A DNA stretch of 32,000 nucleotides, taken from assembly GCF_000023205.1 (NCBI RefSeq), contig NC_012803.1, positions 180,001-212,000 of the forward strand. Direction: 5' to 3'. This DNA is from Micrococcus luteus NCTC 2665. Its GTDB lineage: Bacteria > Actinomycetota > Actinomycetes > Actinomycetales > Micrococcaceae. Shown piece by piece: positions 23,627-32,000 of the stretch. Within the stretch, counting starts at the first letter, position 1. Each line of letters opens with the position of its first letter. The notes beneath the pieces were generated by a model, which did no database searches, was not told where the DNA came from, and saw nothing but the letters and a program-made list of their open reading frames with translations. A program made the position numbers and the translations under genes.

Positions 23627-25459
23627 TCAGTCCATGAGCAGCCACGCGGCGGCGTCGTGGGCCAGCTGCCCGTCCTGCACGGCCTCCGCCTCCTCGAGGG
23701 AGAACAGGGCCCGGGAATGGCCCGCGGGCAGGTCGACGGGATCGGTCGACAAGTTCGCCATCACGAGCACGGTGCGCGCCGGGATCGGCTCGCCCGAGCC
23801 CAGGTGCCGGCCACCGCCCGAGGTGACCGTGAACGCCAACACGCCGCGTGCGGGGTCGTGGTGCTCGGACCACGCGAACGTGCCCGTGCCCAGGTCGAGC
23901 TCGCCGCGGATCTGCAGCAGACGCCGGTACAGCTCGAACACGGAGCCCTCGACGCCGACCTGCCGGTCCGCCGCCAGCGCCCGGAAGGACGCGGGCTGGG
24001 GCAGCCACGGCGCGGCGACGCCCTCGGCGGCGGACGCCGGGCTGTCGTCGTCCGCGGGGGTCGAGAAGCCGTAGGACGGCTCGTCCGCGGCCCACGGCAG
24101 AGGGATGCGGCAGCCGTCGCGGCCGGGCTCCTTGCCGTCCGTGCGGAAGAAGTACGGGTCCTGGCGGTGCTCGGCGGCCAGGGTGGTGTGCTCGGGCAGG
24201 CCCAGCTCGTCGCCCTGGTAGATGTACGCGGAGCCGGGCAGGCCCAACTCCACCATCGCGGCGGCGCGGGCCCGACGGCGACCGACCGCCTCGTCCGGCT
24301 GCTCGTCCTCGGCCGTGATGCCGGCGGGGTAGGAGCTCGGGTCCGCGAGGCCGTAGCGGGAGGCGTGGCGCACCGTGTCGTGGTTCGAGAGCACCCAGGT
24401 GTTCGGGGCGCCGACCCGATCGGCCTGCTCGAAGGACCGGTCGATCGCGTGGGTCAGCGACACGGCGTCCCAGCCCGCCATGAGGTAGGTGAAGTTGAAG
24501 GTCTGGTGCATCTCGCCGGGGCGGACGTACCGGAACATGCGCGAGAGCGGGGCCACCCACGCCTCGGCCACCATCATCGGCTCGTGGTCGTAGGAGTCCA
24601 GGACCCGCCGCCAGTCCCGGTAGACCTCGTGGACACGGTCCTGGTCCATGAACGGGGTGAGCGGCTCGAAGGTGTCCGGGTCGAACGTGGGGTCGGCGTC
24701 CTCGCCCGCGTCCGTGACCATGCCCATGCGGGAGTGCTCGGCGTCCGGGTAGCCGGGCTGCTTGATGAGCCCGTGGGCCACGTCCACTCGGAAGCCGTCC
24801 ACGCCGCGGTCCAGCCAGAACCGCAGGATGGAGCGGAACTCCTCGCGCACCTCCTCGTTCTCCCAGTTCAGGTCCGGCTGCGTGGTGTCGAACAGGTGCA
24901 GGTACCACTGGCCCGGGGTGCCGTCCGCCTCGGTCACGCGGGTCCAGGCCCCGCCGCCGAACGTGGACTCCCAGTTGTTGGGGGGCAGCTCGCCGTGCTC
25001 GCCGCGGCCCTCGGCGAAGTGGTAGCGGGCGCGCTCGGGGGAGCCGGGGCCGGCGGCCAGGGCGGCCTGGAACCACGCGTGCTCGGACGAGGTGTGGTTC
25101 GGCACGAGGTCCACGACCACGCGGATGCCGGCCTCGTGCGCGGCGGCGATCATCTCGTCCGCGTCCGCGAGCGTGCCGAACCGCGGGTCCACGGTGCGGT
25201 AGTCCGCGACGTCGTAGCCGGCGTCGTGCTGCGGGGAGAGGTAGAAGGGCGAGAGCCAGATCGCGTCCACGCCGAGCTGGGCCAGGTAGTCGAGGCGCGA
25301 GGTGACGCCGCGCAGGTCGCCCATGCCGTCCCCGTCCGCGTCCGCGAAGGAGCGCGGGTACACCTGGTAGATCACGGCGTCCACCCACCACGGCGTGACG
25401 GGCCGGTTCCGGGCTTCCGAGGGCGGGGTGCTCAGGCGCTGCGTGGTCATGGGATCCAC
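23627..25459 (-). CDS. GH13 alpha-glucosidase / oligo-1,6-glucosidase-like glycoside hydrolase
   Basis: WWVDAVIYQVYPRSFADADGDGMGDLRGV...LGVDAIWLSPFY.SP..DAGYDVADY...DLVPNHTS...GFRVDVAH... are GH13 conserved regions I-IV. The start is GTG 25459 or ATG 25450. Confidence 0.9.
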   Translation of the reverse strand: MDPMTTQRLSTPPSEARNRPVTPWWVDAVIYQVYPRSFADADGDGMGDLRGVTSRLDYLAQLGVDAIWLSPFYLSPQHDAGYDVADYRTVDPRFGTLADADEMIAAAHEAGIRVVVDLVPNHTSSEHAWFQAALAAGPGSPERARYHFAEGRGEHGELPPNNWESTFGGGAWTRVTEADGTPGQWYLHLFDTTQPDLNWENEEVREEFRSILRFWLDRGVDGFRVDVAHGLIKQPGYPDAEHSRMGMVTDAGEDADPTFDPDTFEPLTPFMDQDRVHEVYRDWRRVLDSYDHEPMMVAEAWVAPLSRMFRYVRPGEMHQTFNFTYLMAGWDAVSLTHAIDRSFEQADRVGAPNTWVLSNHDTVRHASRYGLADPSSYPAGITAEDEQPDEAVGRRRARAAAMVELGLPGSAYIYQGDELGLPEHTTLAAEHRQDPYFFRTDGKEPGRDGCRIPLPWAADEPSYGFSTPADDDSPASAAEGVAAPWLPQPASFRALAADRQVGVEGSVFELYRRLLQIRGELDLGTGTFAWSEHHDPARGVLAFTVTSGGGRHLGSGEPIPARTVLVMANLSTDPVDLPAGHSRALFSLEEAEAVQDGQLAHDAAAWLLMD

Positions 25460-25554
25460 CCTAGGCCCGACGCCGGAGCGCGCGCCCCGCGTGGCTGGTG
25501 TCGGCGGCGTGGTGTGCGTCTCGGGCGTCCGGCGCGGTCGGCCACCATGGCCGG

Positions 25555-26133
25555 ATGAGGCACTTCGAGGATCCCGTCCTGCACGCCATGGCCTCGCGCC
25601 GCTCCGTGTCCAGGGTGGGCCCGACCACCCCCACGGACGAGGAGCTCGCGGGTCTGCTCGCGGCCGTCACCCCCGTGGCCGACCACAAGGCGCTGCGCCC
25701 CTGGCGGCTCATCCTGCTGCGCGGTGAGGACCGCCATCGCCTCGGCCAGGCCCTCGACACGGCCGCCGGCACCGAGCGGGAGCCGGGCGAGGTCAACCCC
25801 AAGCCGTACCGGGCGGAGCTGCTGATCGCCGTCGTCGCCTCGCACCGGCCCCACCCCGGCGTGCCGGTCTGGGAACAGGACGCCACCGCCGCGGGCGCCG
25901 CGCACCTGCTCGAACTCGCGCTGTGGCAGGCCGGCTGGGGCGTGATGTGGCGCTCCGGCCTGCACACGGACGCCCCCGCCGTGCGCGCGGCCCACGGGCT
26001 CGGCGACCACGAGCGGCTGCTGGGCTGGCTCTACGTGGGGGACGTGGACCCGGCCTTCCGGGCCCGTCTCGAGGCCTCCAAGAAGCCCGCCCTGGACCCG
26101 GCCCCGTTCCTGGGCCGCATGCCGCAGGGCTGA
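25555..26133 (+). CDS. nitroreductase-family protein
   Basis: 192 aa. RRSVSRVGPTTPTDEELAGLLAAVTPVADHKALRPWRL matches the N-terminal pattern of the nitroreductase fold. I chose ATG 25555. Confidence 0.65.
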   Translation: MRHFEDPVLHAMASRRSVSRVGPTTPTDEELAGLLAAVTPVADHKALRPWRLILLRGEDRHRLGQALDTAAGTEREPGEVNPKPYRAELLIAVVASHRPHPGVPVWEQDATAAGAAHLLELALWQAGWGVMWRSGLHTDAPAVRAAHGLGDHERLLGWLYVGDVDPAFRARLEASKKPALDPAPFLGRMPQG

Positions 26134-26142
26134 GCGGCAGGC

Positions 26143-27045
26143 TCAGGTCAGCCGGGCCAGCATCCCGACGGCGGCCCAGCGACGGTTCAGCCGTTCCTGC
26201 GCGACGCCGGCGGTCACCTCGTCGCCCTCCTCGAGGGCGTCGATGAGCGTCCACAGGTCGAAGACGGAGTCGTCCGGCCACACGTGCCGCGTGAGGCCGC
26301 CGTAGTCCAGCTCGACCCACGAGTCGGGGTGGAACGCGCCGAGCCACTCCAGCATCACCGTGAGCTCGCCGATCAGCTCCGCGTCCGGGGCGTGCCGCGC
26401 GAGCACCGCCGCCGCGTGCCCGGCCCGCTCCCGGGCGGAAACGATCGGGGCGCGCCGGTACGCCGTGCGCTCGCCGTCCACGAGGCGCTGCACCGGCTCC
26501 TCGGGGTCGAACACCGTGAGCCAGCCGTGCGGCACACCCCACGTGGCCGTGCGCGTCTGCACGCGGTGGTGGTCCGGCGCACCGTCCTCGCCCTGCGGGT
26601 CCTCGCCCTCCGCGTCCGGGTCGGGGGAGAGGCCCCACTCCTCCTCGAGCGCCACGAGGGCGCGGCCGCGGTTCATGGCCCGCGCTGCCGGCGGGATGGC
26701 GGCCTCGTGCAGCCGCGGCAGCATGGTCTCCTCGAGCACGGCCGCGGCCATCTCGGCCCGCAGGCCCCGCTCGTCCGGGCAGTAGAACGCGGAGCGGTGC
26801 TCGTCCTGCAGGACCCGCACCAGGTCGTCCTCACCGGGCTCCGGGAACGGGTCGGCCACGGGCCGGGCCAGGCGACGCCGGGCCCGCTCCGCCGCCTCGG
26901 CCTCCACCTCGGCGCGCGTGCGGTGGCCGCCGGCGATCAGTCGCGCCTGGACCGCGTCTGGGAACGCGGCCAGCGGCTGGAAGACGCGCAGGTGCGCGGT
27001 GCCGCGCGCGACACCCGGGGGCGGGCCGTCGTCGTCGTGGGTCAT
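26143..27045 (-). CDS. hypothetical protein (300 aa), last gene of the nadE-xthA gene string
   Basis: Clean ORF with coding-like composition that starts 18 nt after the xthA stop. I recognise no motif. Confidence 0.6.
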   Translation of the reverse strand: MTHDDDGPPPGVARGTAHLRVFQPLAAFPDAVQARLIAGGHRTRAEVEAEAAERARRRLARPVADPFPEPGEDDLVRVLQDEHRSAFYCPDERGLRAEMAAAVLEETMLPRLHEAAIPPAARAMNRGRALVALEEEWGLSPDPDAEGEDPQGEDGAPDHHRVQTRTATWGVPHGWLTVFDPEEPVQRLVDGERTAYRRAPIVSARERAGHAAAVLARHAPDAELIGELTVMLEWLGAFHPDSWVELDYGGLTRHVWPDDSVFDLWTLIDALEEGDEVTAGVAQERLNRRWAAVGMLARLT

Positions 27046-27063
27046 CGCGGGCTCGTCCGTGGC

Positions 27064-27891
27064 TCAGCCCAGCTCGACGACCACGGGCGCGTGGTCCGAG
27101 GCGCCCTTGCCCTTGCGCTCCTCGCGCTCGATCCAGGCGTCCGTGACCGTCCGTGCGAGGGCGGGGGAGCACAGCTGGAAGTCGATGCGCATGCCCTTCT
27201 TCTTGGGGAAGGCCAGGCCCGTGTAGTCCCAGTACGTGTACACGCCGGGGCCGGGGTGGCGCGGGCGCACCACGTCCACCAGCCCGGCGTCCTCGAACGC
27301 GTGGAACGCCGCTCGCTCGGCCGGGGAGACGTGCGTGTAGCCCTCGCGCTGGAACAGCTCGATGTCCCACACGTCCTCGTCCTGCGGAGCGATGTTCCAG
27401 TCGCCGGCCAGGGCGAGCCGGGTGTCCGGGTCCTCGGCGAGGTGAGCGGCCGCGTGCTCCTGGAGCACGCGCAGCCACTCGAGCTTGTAGCCCATGTGCT
27501 CGTCCTCCAGGCCGCGCCCGTTGGGCACGTACAGGCTCCACAGGCGCACCGGGGCGACGCCGTCGGCCGCCTCGGCGCCCACGGTCGCCCCGATGGCGCG
27601 GGACTCCTCCTGGGGGTCCACGCCGCCCTTGCCGAAGTGCGGCTGGCCGGGGAAGCCGCGCTGCACGTCGCTCAGGCCGACGCGGGAGGCGATGGCCACG
27701 CCGTTCCACTGCGAGGTGCCGTTGTGGACCACCTCGTAGCCGGCGCGCTCGAAGAGCTCCCACGGGAAGTTCTCGTCCCGGCACTTGGTCTCCTGGATGG
27801 CCAGGACGTCGATGTCATGGCGCTCGAGGAAGGCCTCGACGCGGTCGGCGCGGGCACGGAGGGAGTTGACGTTCCAGGTGGCGATCTTCAC
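27064..27891 (-). CDS. xthA: exodeoxyribonuclease III (AP endonuclease)
   Basis: KIATWNVNSLRAR...DVLAIQETK... and C-terminal ASDHAPVVVEL are canonical ExoIII/APE1 motifs. GTG start at 27891. Confidence 0.9.
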   Translation of the reverse strand: MKIATWNVNSLRARADRVEAFLERHDIDVLAIQETKCRDENFPWELFERAGYEVVHNGTSQWNGVAIASRVGLSDVQRGFPGQPHFGKGGVDPQEESRAIGATVGAEAADGVAPVRLWSLYVPNGRGLEDEHMGYKLEWLRVLQEHAAAHLAEDPDTRLALAGDWNIAPQDEDVWDIELFQREGYTHVSPAERAAFHAFEDAGLVDVVRPRHPGPGVYTYWDYTGLAFPKKKGMRIDFQLCSPALARTVTDAWIEREERKGKGASDHAPVVVELG

Positions 27892-27935
27892 CCGGCCAGG
27901 CTATCGAAGGGCGCGGACACCGTGGGATCGGCGCC

Positions 27936-28844
27936 TCAGCGCCACCAGTCGTCGTGGATCGTCACCGGCGTGGTGCGCTTGTGGCGGCTGCGGAGCCAGA
28001 TGCCCTCGAGCTTCTCCGCGACCTCGGTGGGGACGTCCTTGCCCTCGAGGTAGTCGTCGATGTCCTCGTACGTCATCCCGAGTTCGGCCTCGTCCGTCTG
28101 GCCCGGCGTGCCGTCCAGCAGGTCCGCGGTGGGCACCTTGTTCCACAGGGGCTCGGGGGCGCCGAGCTCGCGGCCCAGCGCCCGCACCTGCCGCTTGTTC
28201 AGGCCGGCCAGCGGCAGGACGTCCGCGCCGCCGTCGCCGAACTTCGTGTAGAACCCGGTGACGGCCTCCGCCGCGTGGTCCGTGCCGATCACCAGCTGCC
28301 CGTGGGCACCGGCCACCGCGTACTGCGCCGTCATGCGGATGCGGGCCTTCACGTTGCCCTGGTTGTAGTCCGAGATCGGCTCCCCCACCCCCTCGGCGAA
28401 GGCGGCGGCCAGACCCTGCACGGCCTCCGCGATGTTCAGGGTGACGTCCTGATCCGCACCCACGAAGTCCATGGCCGCCCGCGCATCCGCCTCGTCGTGC
28501 TGCACCTTGTAGGGCAGGCGCACGGCGGTGAACCGGGGGTTCTCGCGGGAGGGCACGACGTCGGCGCCCACCCCCGCCTCACCCGCCGGGGTGGTGCCGG
28601 GGCCGCCCAGGGCGACGGCGTCCGGGACGCCGAGCTGGGCTCGGCGACGCTCGACGGCGAGCTGAGCCAGCCGCCCACCCACGGTGGAGTCCACGCCGCC
28701 GGAGATGCCCAGGACGAAGCCGGACGCGCCCGTGGCCGCGAGGTAGTCGGCGAGGAAGGCCACGCGCCGTTCGACTTCGGCCGCGGGGTCGATCTCAGGG
28801 AGGACGCACTGCTCGGCGATGATCCGCTGCTGGAGTTCACGCAT
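27936..28844 (-). CDS. nadE: ammonia-dependent NAD+ synthetase
   Basis: [18 protein letters not shown] (PP-loop SGGxDS), [38 protein letters not shown]. Start at ATG 28844 (MRELQQRII). Confidence 0.9.
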   Translation of the reverse strand: MRELQQRIIAEQCVLPEIDPAAEVERRVAFLADYLAATGASGFVLGISGGVDSTVGGRLAQLAVERRRAQLGVPDAVALGGPGTTPAGEAGVGADVVPSRENPRFTAVRLPYKVQHDEADARAAMDFVGADQDVTLNIAEAVQGLAAAFAEGVGEPISDYNQGNVKARIRMTAQYAVAGAHGQLVIGTDHAAEAVTGFYTKFGDGGADVLPLAGLNKRQVRALGRELGAPEPLWNKVPTADLLDGTPGQTDEAELGMTYEDIDDYLEGKDVPTEVAEKLEGIWLRSRHKRTTPVTIHDDWWR

Positions 28845-28902
28845 GCCGGTCAGCGTAGGACCGGCGCCGCGCACGGGGACAGGGGCGGTCGGCGACGGCG
28901 GC

Positions 28903-29349
28903 TCACGCGTCCGGGTGCCCCAGGTTGCGGGCGATGCGGCGCAGGACGCGGACGGCGTCGTCGATCTGGTCCCGCGGGACGTCCGCCGTCGCCTCGGCAC
29001 GCAGGGCCTCGACCGCCTCACCCACGCGGGCGCCCGCAGTGCGGCCCGTGGCGGTGAGGGTGTAGAGGTCGCCCTCGACCGTCACCCAGTGGGACTCGAC
29101 CAGCTCCTCGATCTGACCGGACACCGCGCCGCGCTGCTCCTCCTCGAAGCCGGCCTCGAGCTCGGCACGGGACTGCGGGGCCACCGTGAGGGTGTTCAGC
29201 AGCTGCCATTGGGCGCGGGTCAGGCCGTGCTCCTCTAGGCTCTCGGCCACGCGCGCCGCGATCAGGCCCTCGGTGAGGGTGAGCCAGTGCGCCAGGGGCA
29301 GGCCAGAGGGGTGCTGGACGGCGGTGTCGTCGTGCGGGATCTCGCTCAT
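28903..29349 (-). CDS. MarR-family-like winged-helix transcriptional regulator
   Basis: 148 aa. [12 protein letters not shown]...SRAELEA...[12 protein letters not shown] fits the recognition-helix and wing layout of MarR. It lies divergent to pyrE. Confidence 0.6.
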   Translation of the reverse strand: MSEIPHDDTAVQHPSGLPLAHWLTLTEGLIAARVAESLEEHGLTRAQWQLLNTLTVAPQSRAELEAGFEEEQRGAVSGQIEELVESHWVTVEGDLYTLTATGRTAGARVGEAVEALRAEATADVPRDQIDDAVRVLRRIARNLGHPDA

Positions 29350-29407
29350 AACCCGAGCCTAGCCAGGCCGGGACGGAAGCGGCAGGGGTGGCCGGGCCCG
29401 CACTAGC

Positions 29408-30004
29408 ATGGGCGGCATGACCGACGCGCAGACCCCCACCGTCCCCACGCCCCAGCAGGACCGCGAGCGGCTCAAGCAGCTCATCCAGGATCTGGCTGTG
29501 GTGCACGGCCGGGTGACCCTGTCCTCCGGCAAGGAGGCGGACTACTACGTGGACCTGCGTCGTGTCACCCTGCACCACGAGGCCGCCCCGCTGATCGGCC
29601 GCGTGATGCTGCGCCTGCTCGAGGAGAACGGGATCGCGTTCGACGCGGTGGGGGGTCTGACCATGGGCGCCGACCCCGTGGCCACCGCGATGATGCATCA
29701 GGCCGGCGCCGCGGGCCGTGCGCTCGACGCGTTCGTGGTGCGCAAGGCGCAGAAGTCGTACGGCATGGGTCGGCAGGTGGAGGGCCCGGGCGTGGACGGT
29801 CGCCGCGTCGTCGTGCTGGAGGACACCTCGACGACGGGCGGCTCCGCGCTGACCGCCGTCGAGGGTGTGCGCAACGCGGGCGGCGACGTCCAGGCCGTGG
29901 CCGTGATCGTGGACCGTGCGACCGGCGCCGCCGAGCGCGTGGCCGAGGAGGCGGACGTGCCGTACCTGTACGCGTTCGGCAAGGACGAGCTCGGCCTCGG
30001 CTGA
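29408..30004 (+). CDS. pyrE: orotate phosphoribosyltransferase
   Basis: GRVTLSSGKEADYYVDLR and the PRPP-binding loop VVVLEDTSTTGGS. Alternative in-frame ATG at 29417. Confidence 0.9.
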   Translation: MGGMTDAQTPTVPTPQQDRERLKQLIQDLAVVHGRVTLSSGKEADYYVDLRRVTLHHEAAPLIGRVMLRLLEENGIAFDAVGGLTMGADPVATAMMHQAGAAGRALDAFVVRKAQKSYGMGRQVEGPGVDGRRVVVLEDTSTTGGSALTAVEGVRNAGGDVQAVAVIVDRATGAAERVAEEADVPYLYAFGKDELGLG

Positions 30005-30045
30005 GCCTCGGACGGCCCCGTGCGCCGCCCGCCTAGGGCGTGTTG

Positions 30046-30581
30046 CTAAAGTAGGGTAGTCAGCCAGTGCAGTGTCGCTGCGAGGCTGAGCCCGGCGTGA
30101 TAGCTCCGGGCGTACTTGTCCGAACGCATCGCGATCCCTCGCCACTGCTTGAGCCGGTTGAAGCACCGCTCCACGACATTGCGTCCCCGGTAGCGCTGGC
30201 GCTGGTCTTCACCGAAGTCGATCGGCCGGCCCGGGCGGCGGCGCCGGTGCGCGATCTGATCGGCCCGCTCGGGGATCGTGGCCGCGATGCCATGCCGGCG
30301 CAGCCAAGCCCGGTTCGCCTTCGAGGGGTAGCCCTTGTCCGCAATCAGGCGGTCAGGGCGTGTCCGGGGCCGCCCACGGGCCCCGGCAACGCTGATCTGC
30401 TCCAGCGTGGTGGCCAGCATCGAGGTGTGAAGCCACCTGCCCGCCGGTCACCACGAACGCCAGCACCCGGCCCTTGCCATCACAGACCAGATGAGACTTC
30501 GTCGTCAGACCGCCGCGGGAGCATCCGATGGCATGATCAGCCGGCTCGTCCCCGGATTTCTTGTCGTTCATCCAGGCCCCC
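30046..30581 (-). pseudogene. IS5-family transposase catalytic (DDE) part, split over two further reading frames
   Basis: The HAIGCSRGGLTTKSHLVCDGKGRVLAFVVTGGQ block is in the +1 frame relative to OrfA. The MLATTLEQI...ADKGYPS...ERADQ...NVVERCFNRLKQWRGIAMRSDK block is in a further +1 frame. The junctions lie near 30577-30581 (a C5 run) and 30427-30433. Confidence 0.6.
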
Positions 30582-30926
30582 TGTGGGGCGGGGCAGGGTC
30601 GCCCCGTGCTGATGGACGCGCACGATCGTGGAATCGATCGAGGCCACCCAATCCAGCTCGCCAGCCTGCTGTGCCATCGACTGAGTGCGCTCGAGCACGC
30701 GCTCCCACACACCCTGGGCGGCCCACCGGTTGAAGTTCTTGTAGATCGTGTTCCAGTTCCCGAACCGCTCGGGCAGATCCCGCCACGGAGCTCCGGTGCG
30801 GAAGCGCCACGCGGTGGCCTCGACCACCGCGCGCCGATCCACCGGGGGCCGACCGGTGGACTTCGGGGCAGGGAACAGCGGGCCGATCACGGCCCAGACC
30901 TCGTCCGAGATGACATCACGCGACAT
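30537..30926 (-). CDS. IS5-family transposase, N-terminal (OrfA-like) part
   Basis: MSRDVISDEVWAVIGPLFPAPKSTGRPPVDRR...APWRDLPERFGNWNTIYKNFNRW...DSTIVRVHQHGA. The earlier starts at 30944 and 30971 lie in or next to the terminal repeat. Confidence 0.75.
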   Translation of the reverse strand: MSRDVISDEVWAVIGPLFPAPKSTGRPPVDRRAVVEATAWRFRTGAPWRDLPERFGNWNTIYKNFNRWAAQGVWERVLERTQSMAQQAGELDWVASIDSTIVRVHQHGATLPRPTGGLDERQEIRGRAG

Positions 30927-30974
30927 GACCCCAGACTCGCGCATCCACGTCCCCGAACCCTTTAGCAACACGCC

Positions 30975-32000
30975 CTAGAGCCAGTCCGCGCGCTTGAACA
31001 GCACGAAGAGGGTGAGGGCCACCGCCAGCATGAGTCCCAGGGCGAACGGATAGCCGAACGCCCAGTGCAGCTCGGGCATGCCGTCGAAGTTCATGCCATA
31101 GACCGAGCCCACCAGCTGCGGCGCGAAGATGATCGCCGCCCAGGACGAGATCTGCTTGACCTGCTCGTTCTGGGCGATCGACTGCTCGGACAGCCGCTTC
31201 GACGCCAGCGTCGAGTCCAGCTCGAGGGCGCTGTGGAGCATCTGGCGCATGGTCGTCACGCGCTCGTTGATCTGGACGGTGTGGTCGTGGACGTCACGCA
31301 GGCGGTGCAGGTTCTCCACCTCGAGGCGCGCCTGATCGCTGAGCTCCTCGTCCTCCCACCCGTGGGCGTCGTCGCGCCGGGGTAGGCCGTCGGCGTCGAG
31401 GCGGCGGGTGTCCTCGTGCATGCGGGTGCGCACCTCCTCCTGGAGCTGCTCCACGATGGACGGCAGCGCGCGGATGGCGTGCTGGAAGTTCAACACCTCG
31501 CGGGAGAGCTGGTAGATGCGCCGGGAGACGTGCCCGTCGCCGGCGAAGACCTGGCCCTCGATCTCCTCGATGTCCTGTTCGAGGCCGTCGGCCACGGGGA
31601 CGTAGTCGTCCACGACCCGGTCCAGGATCTCCAGGGTGACCTGCCACGGCCCCATCGCGAGGCGCTCGCGGCCCTCCGTCTCCAGGGACCGACGCACGGC
31701 GGCCAGGTCCGGCTCCTCCGCGTGACGCACCGTCACCACGTAGTGCTCGCCGGTGAAGACGCTCAGCTCGCCGAACTCCACGGTCTCGGTGCGGTCGATG
31801 TAGCGGGCCGGGTGCAGGACCATGAACGAGTCCTCGCCGTAGCGGTCCAGCTTGGCGCGCTCGCCCCCGGCGAGGGCGTCCTCGACGGCGAGCGGGTGCA
31901 GGCGCAGCTCCTCCGCGACCGCTTGGAGTTCGGCCACGTCCGGGCGGTACAGGCCCAGCCAGACCATGCCGCCGGTGCGCTCGCACTCCTCCCAGGTGTC
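30975..32000 (-). CDS. corA: CorA magnesium/cobalt transporter; N-terminus lies beyond the window end
   Basis: C-terminal YGMNF (GMN motif) followed by two TM helices, plus HPLAVEDAL in the N-domain. The frame stays open through to position 32000 (…DTWEECERTGGMVWLGLY), and family members have about 40-50 further residues upstream. Confidence 0.9.
   Translation of the reverse strand, partial: DTWEECERTGGMVWLGLYRPDVAELQAVAEELRLHPLAVEDALAGGERAKLDRYGEDSFMVLHPARYIDRTETVEFGELSVFTGEHYVVTVRHAEEPDLAAVRRSLETEGRERLAMGPWQVTLEILDRVVDDYVPVADGLEQDIEEIEGQVFAGDGHVSRRIYQLSREVLNFQHAIRALPSIVEQLQEEVRTRMHEDTRRLDADGLPRRDDAHGWEDEELSDQARLEVENLHRLRDVHDHTVQINERVTTMRQMLHSALELDSTLASKRLSEQSIAQNEQVKQISSWAAIIFAPQLVGSVYGMNFDGMPELHWAFGYPFALGLMLAVALTLFVLFKRADWL

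Larger units (their letters stand above)
30033..30978 (-). mobile_element. IS5-family (IS427-group-like) insertion sequence, about 940 bp
   Basis: 19-nt perfect terminal inverted repeats: CTAGGGCGTGTTGCTAAAG (30033-30051) and its reverse complement (30960-30978). The outer CTAG may be target or duplication. Internal ORFs encode the IS5-type transposase blocks GAPWRDLPERFGNWNTIY, DSTIVRVHQH, SRGGLTTKSH, ADKGYPS and NVVERCFNRLKQWRGIA. Confidence 0.85.

Noticed and set aside
30927-30971. Longer OrfA start (GTG 30971 or ATG 30944) for the IS transposase.
   Set aside because: These starts fall within or right next to the terminal inverted repeat. The family-typical N-terminus MSRDVISDEVW begins at 30926.

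Overview
High-GC (roughly 70%+ by eye) actinobacterial chromosome, most likely Micrococcales-like judging by gene content; the taxon call is inference only. The window is densely packed with ordinary core and transport genes. In order: a partial carboxylesterase, a conserved hypothetical, a DUF445 membrane protein, a glycerophosphodiester phosphodiesterase and a 4-gene Dpp/Opp-type peptide ABC transporter. Then the pta-ackA operon, an Nramp (MntH-like) metal transporter, a YkoF/MTH1187-like protein, a GNAT acetyltransferase translationally coupled to a spermidine-synthase-like methyltransferase, a tandem-domain universal stress protein and a small zincin metallopeptidase. Then the conserved tRNA-Glu/Asp/Phe cluster, an isochorismatase-family hydrolase, a small acidic protein, a BCCT osmolyte transporter, an APC amino-acid permease, a GH13 alpha-glucosidase and a nitroreductase. 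Finally a MarR gene followed by a nadE-xthA-hypothetical gene string, pyrE, one IS5-family (IS427-like) insertion sequence and a partial corA. I do not see a convincing novel multi-gene system: there are no defence, secretion, toxin-antitoxin, CRISPR or prophage signatures. The feature least explained by standard annotation is a dispersed family of about 24-nt intergenic repeat units with core TTTCG-N2-CG-N-GA(A/G)A. At least 9 copies occur at three separate intergenic loci, in phased tandem pairs (30-33 nt) and inverted pairs that form long perfect hairpins. Secondary observations: the IS sits exactly on the CTAG containing the corA stop codon; its transposase is split over three reading frames; a perfect 18-bp tandem duplication covers a stop codon; there are several very long perfect palindromes at convergent gene ends; and there are a few candidate operators. 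Because of the GC content, most long ORFs in the six-frame track are antisense or off-frame artefacts and were rejected.
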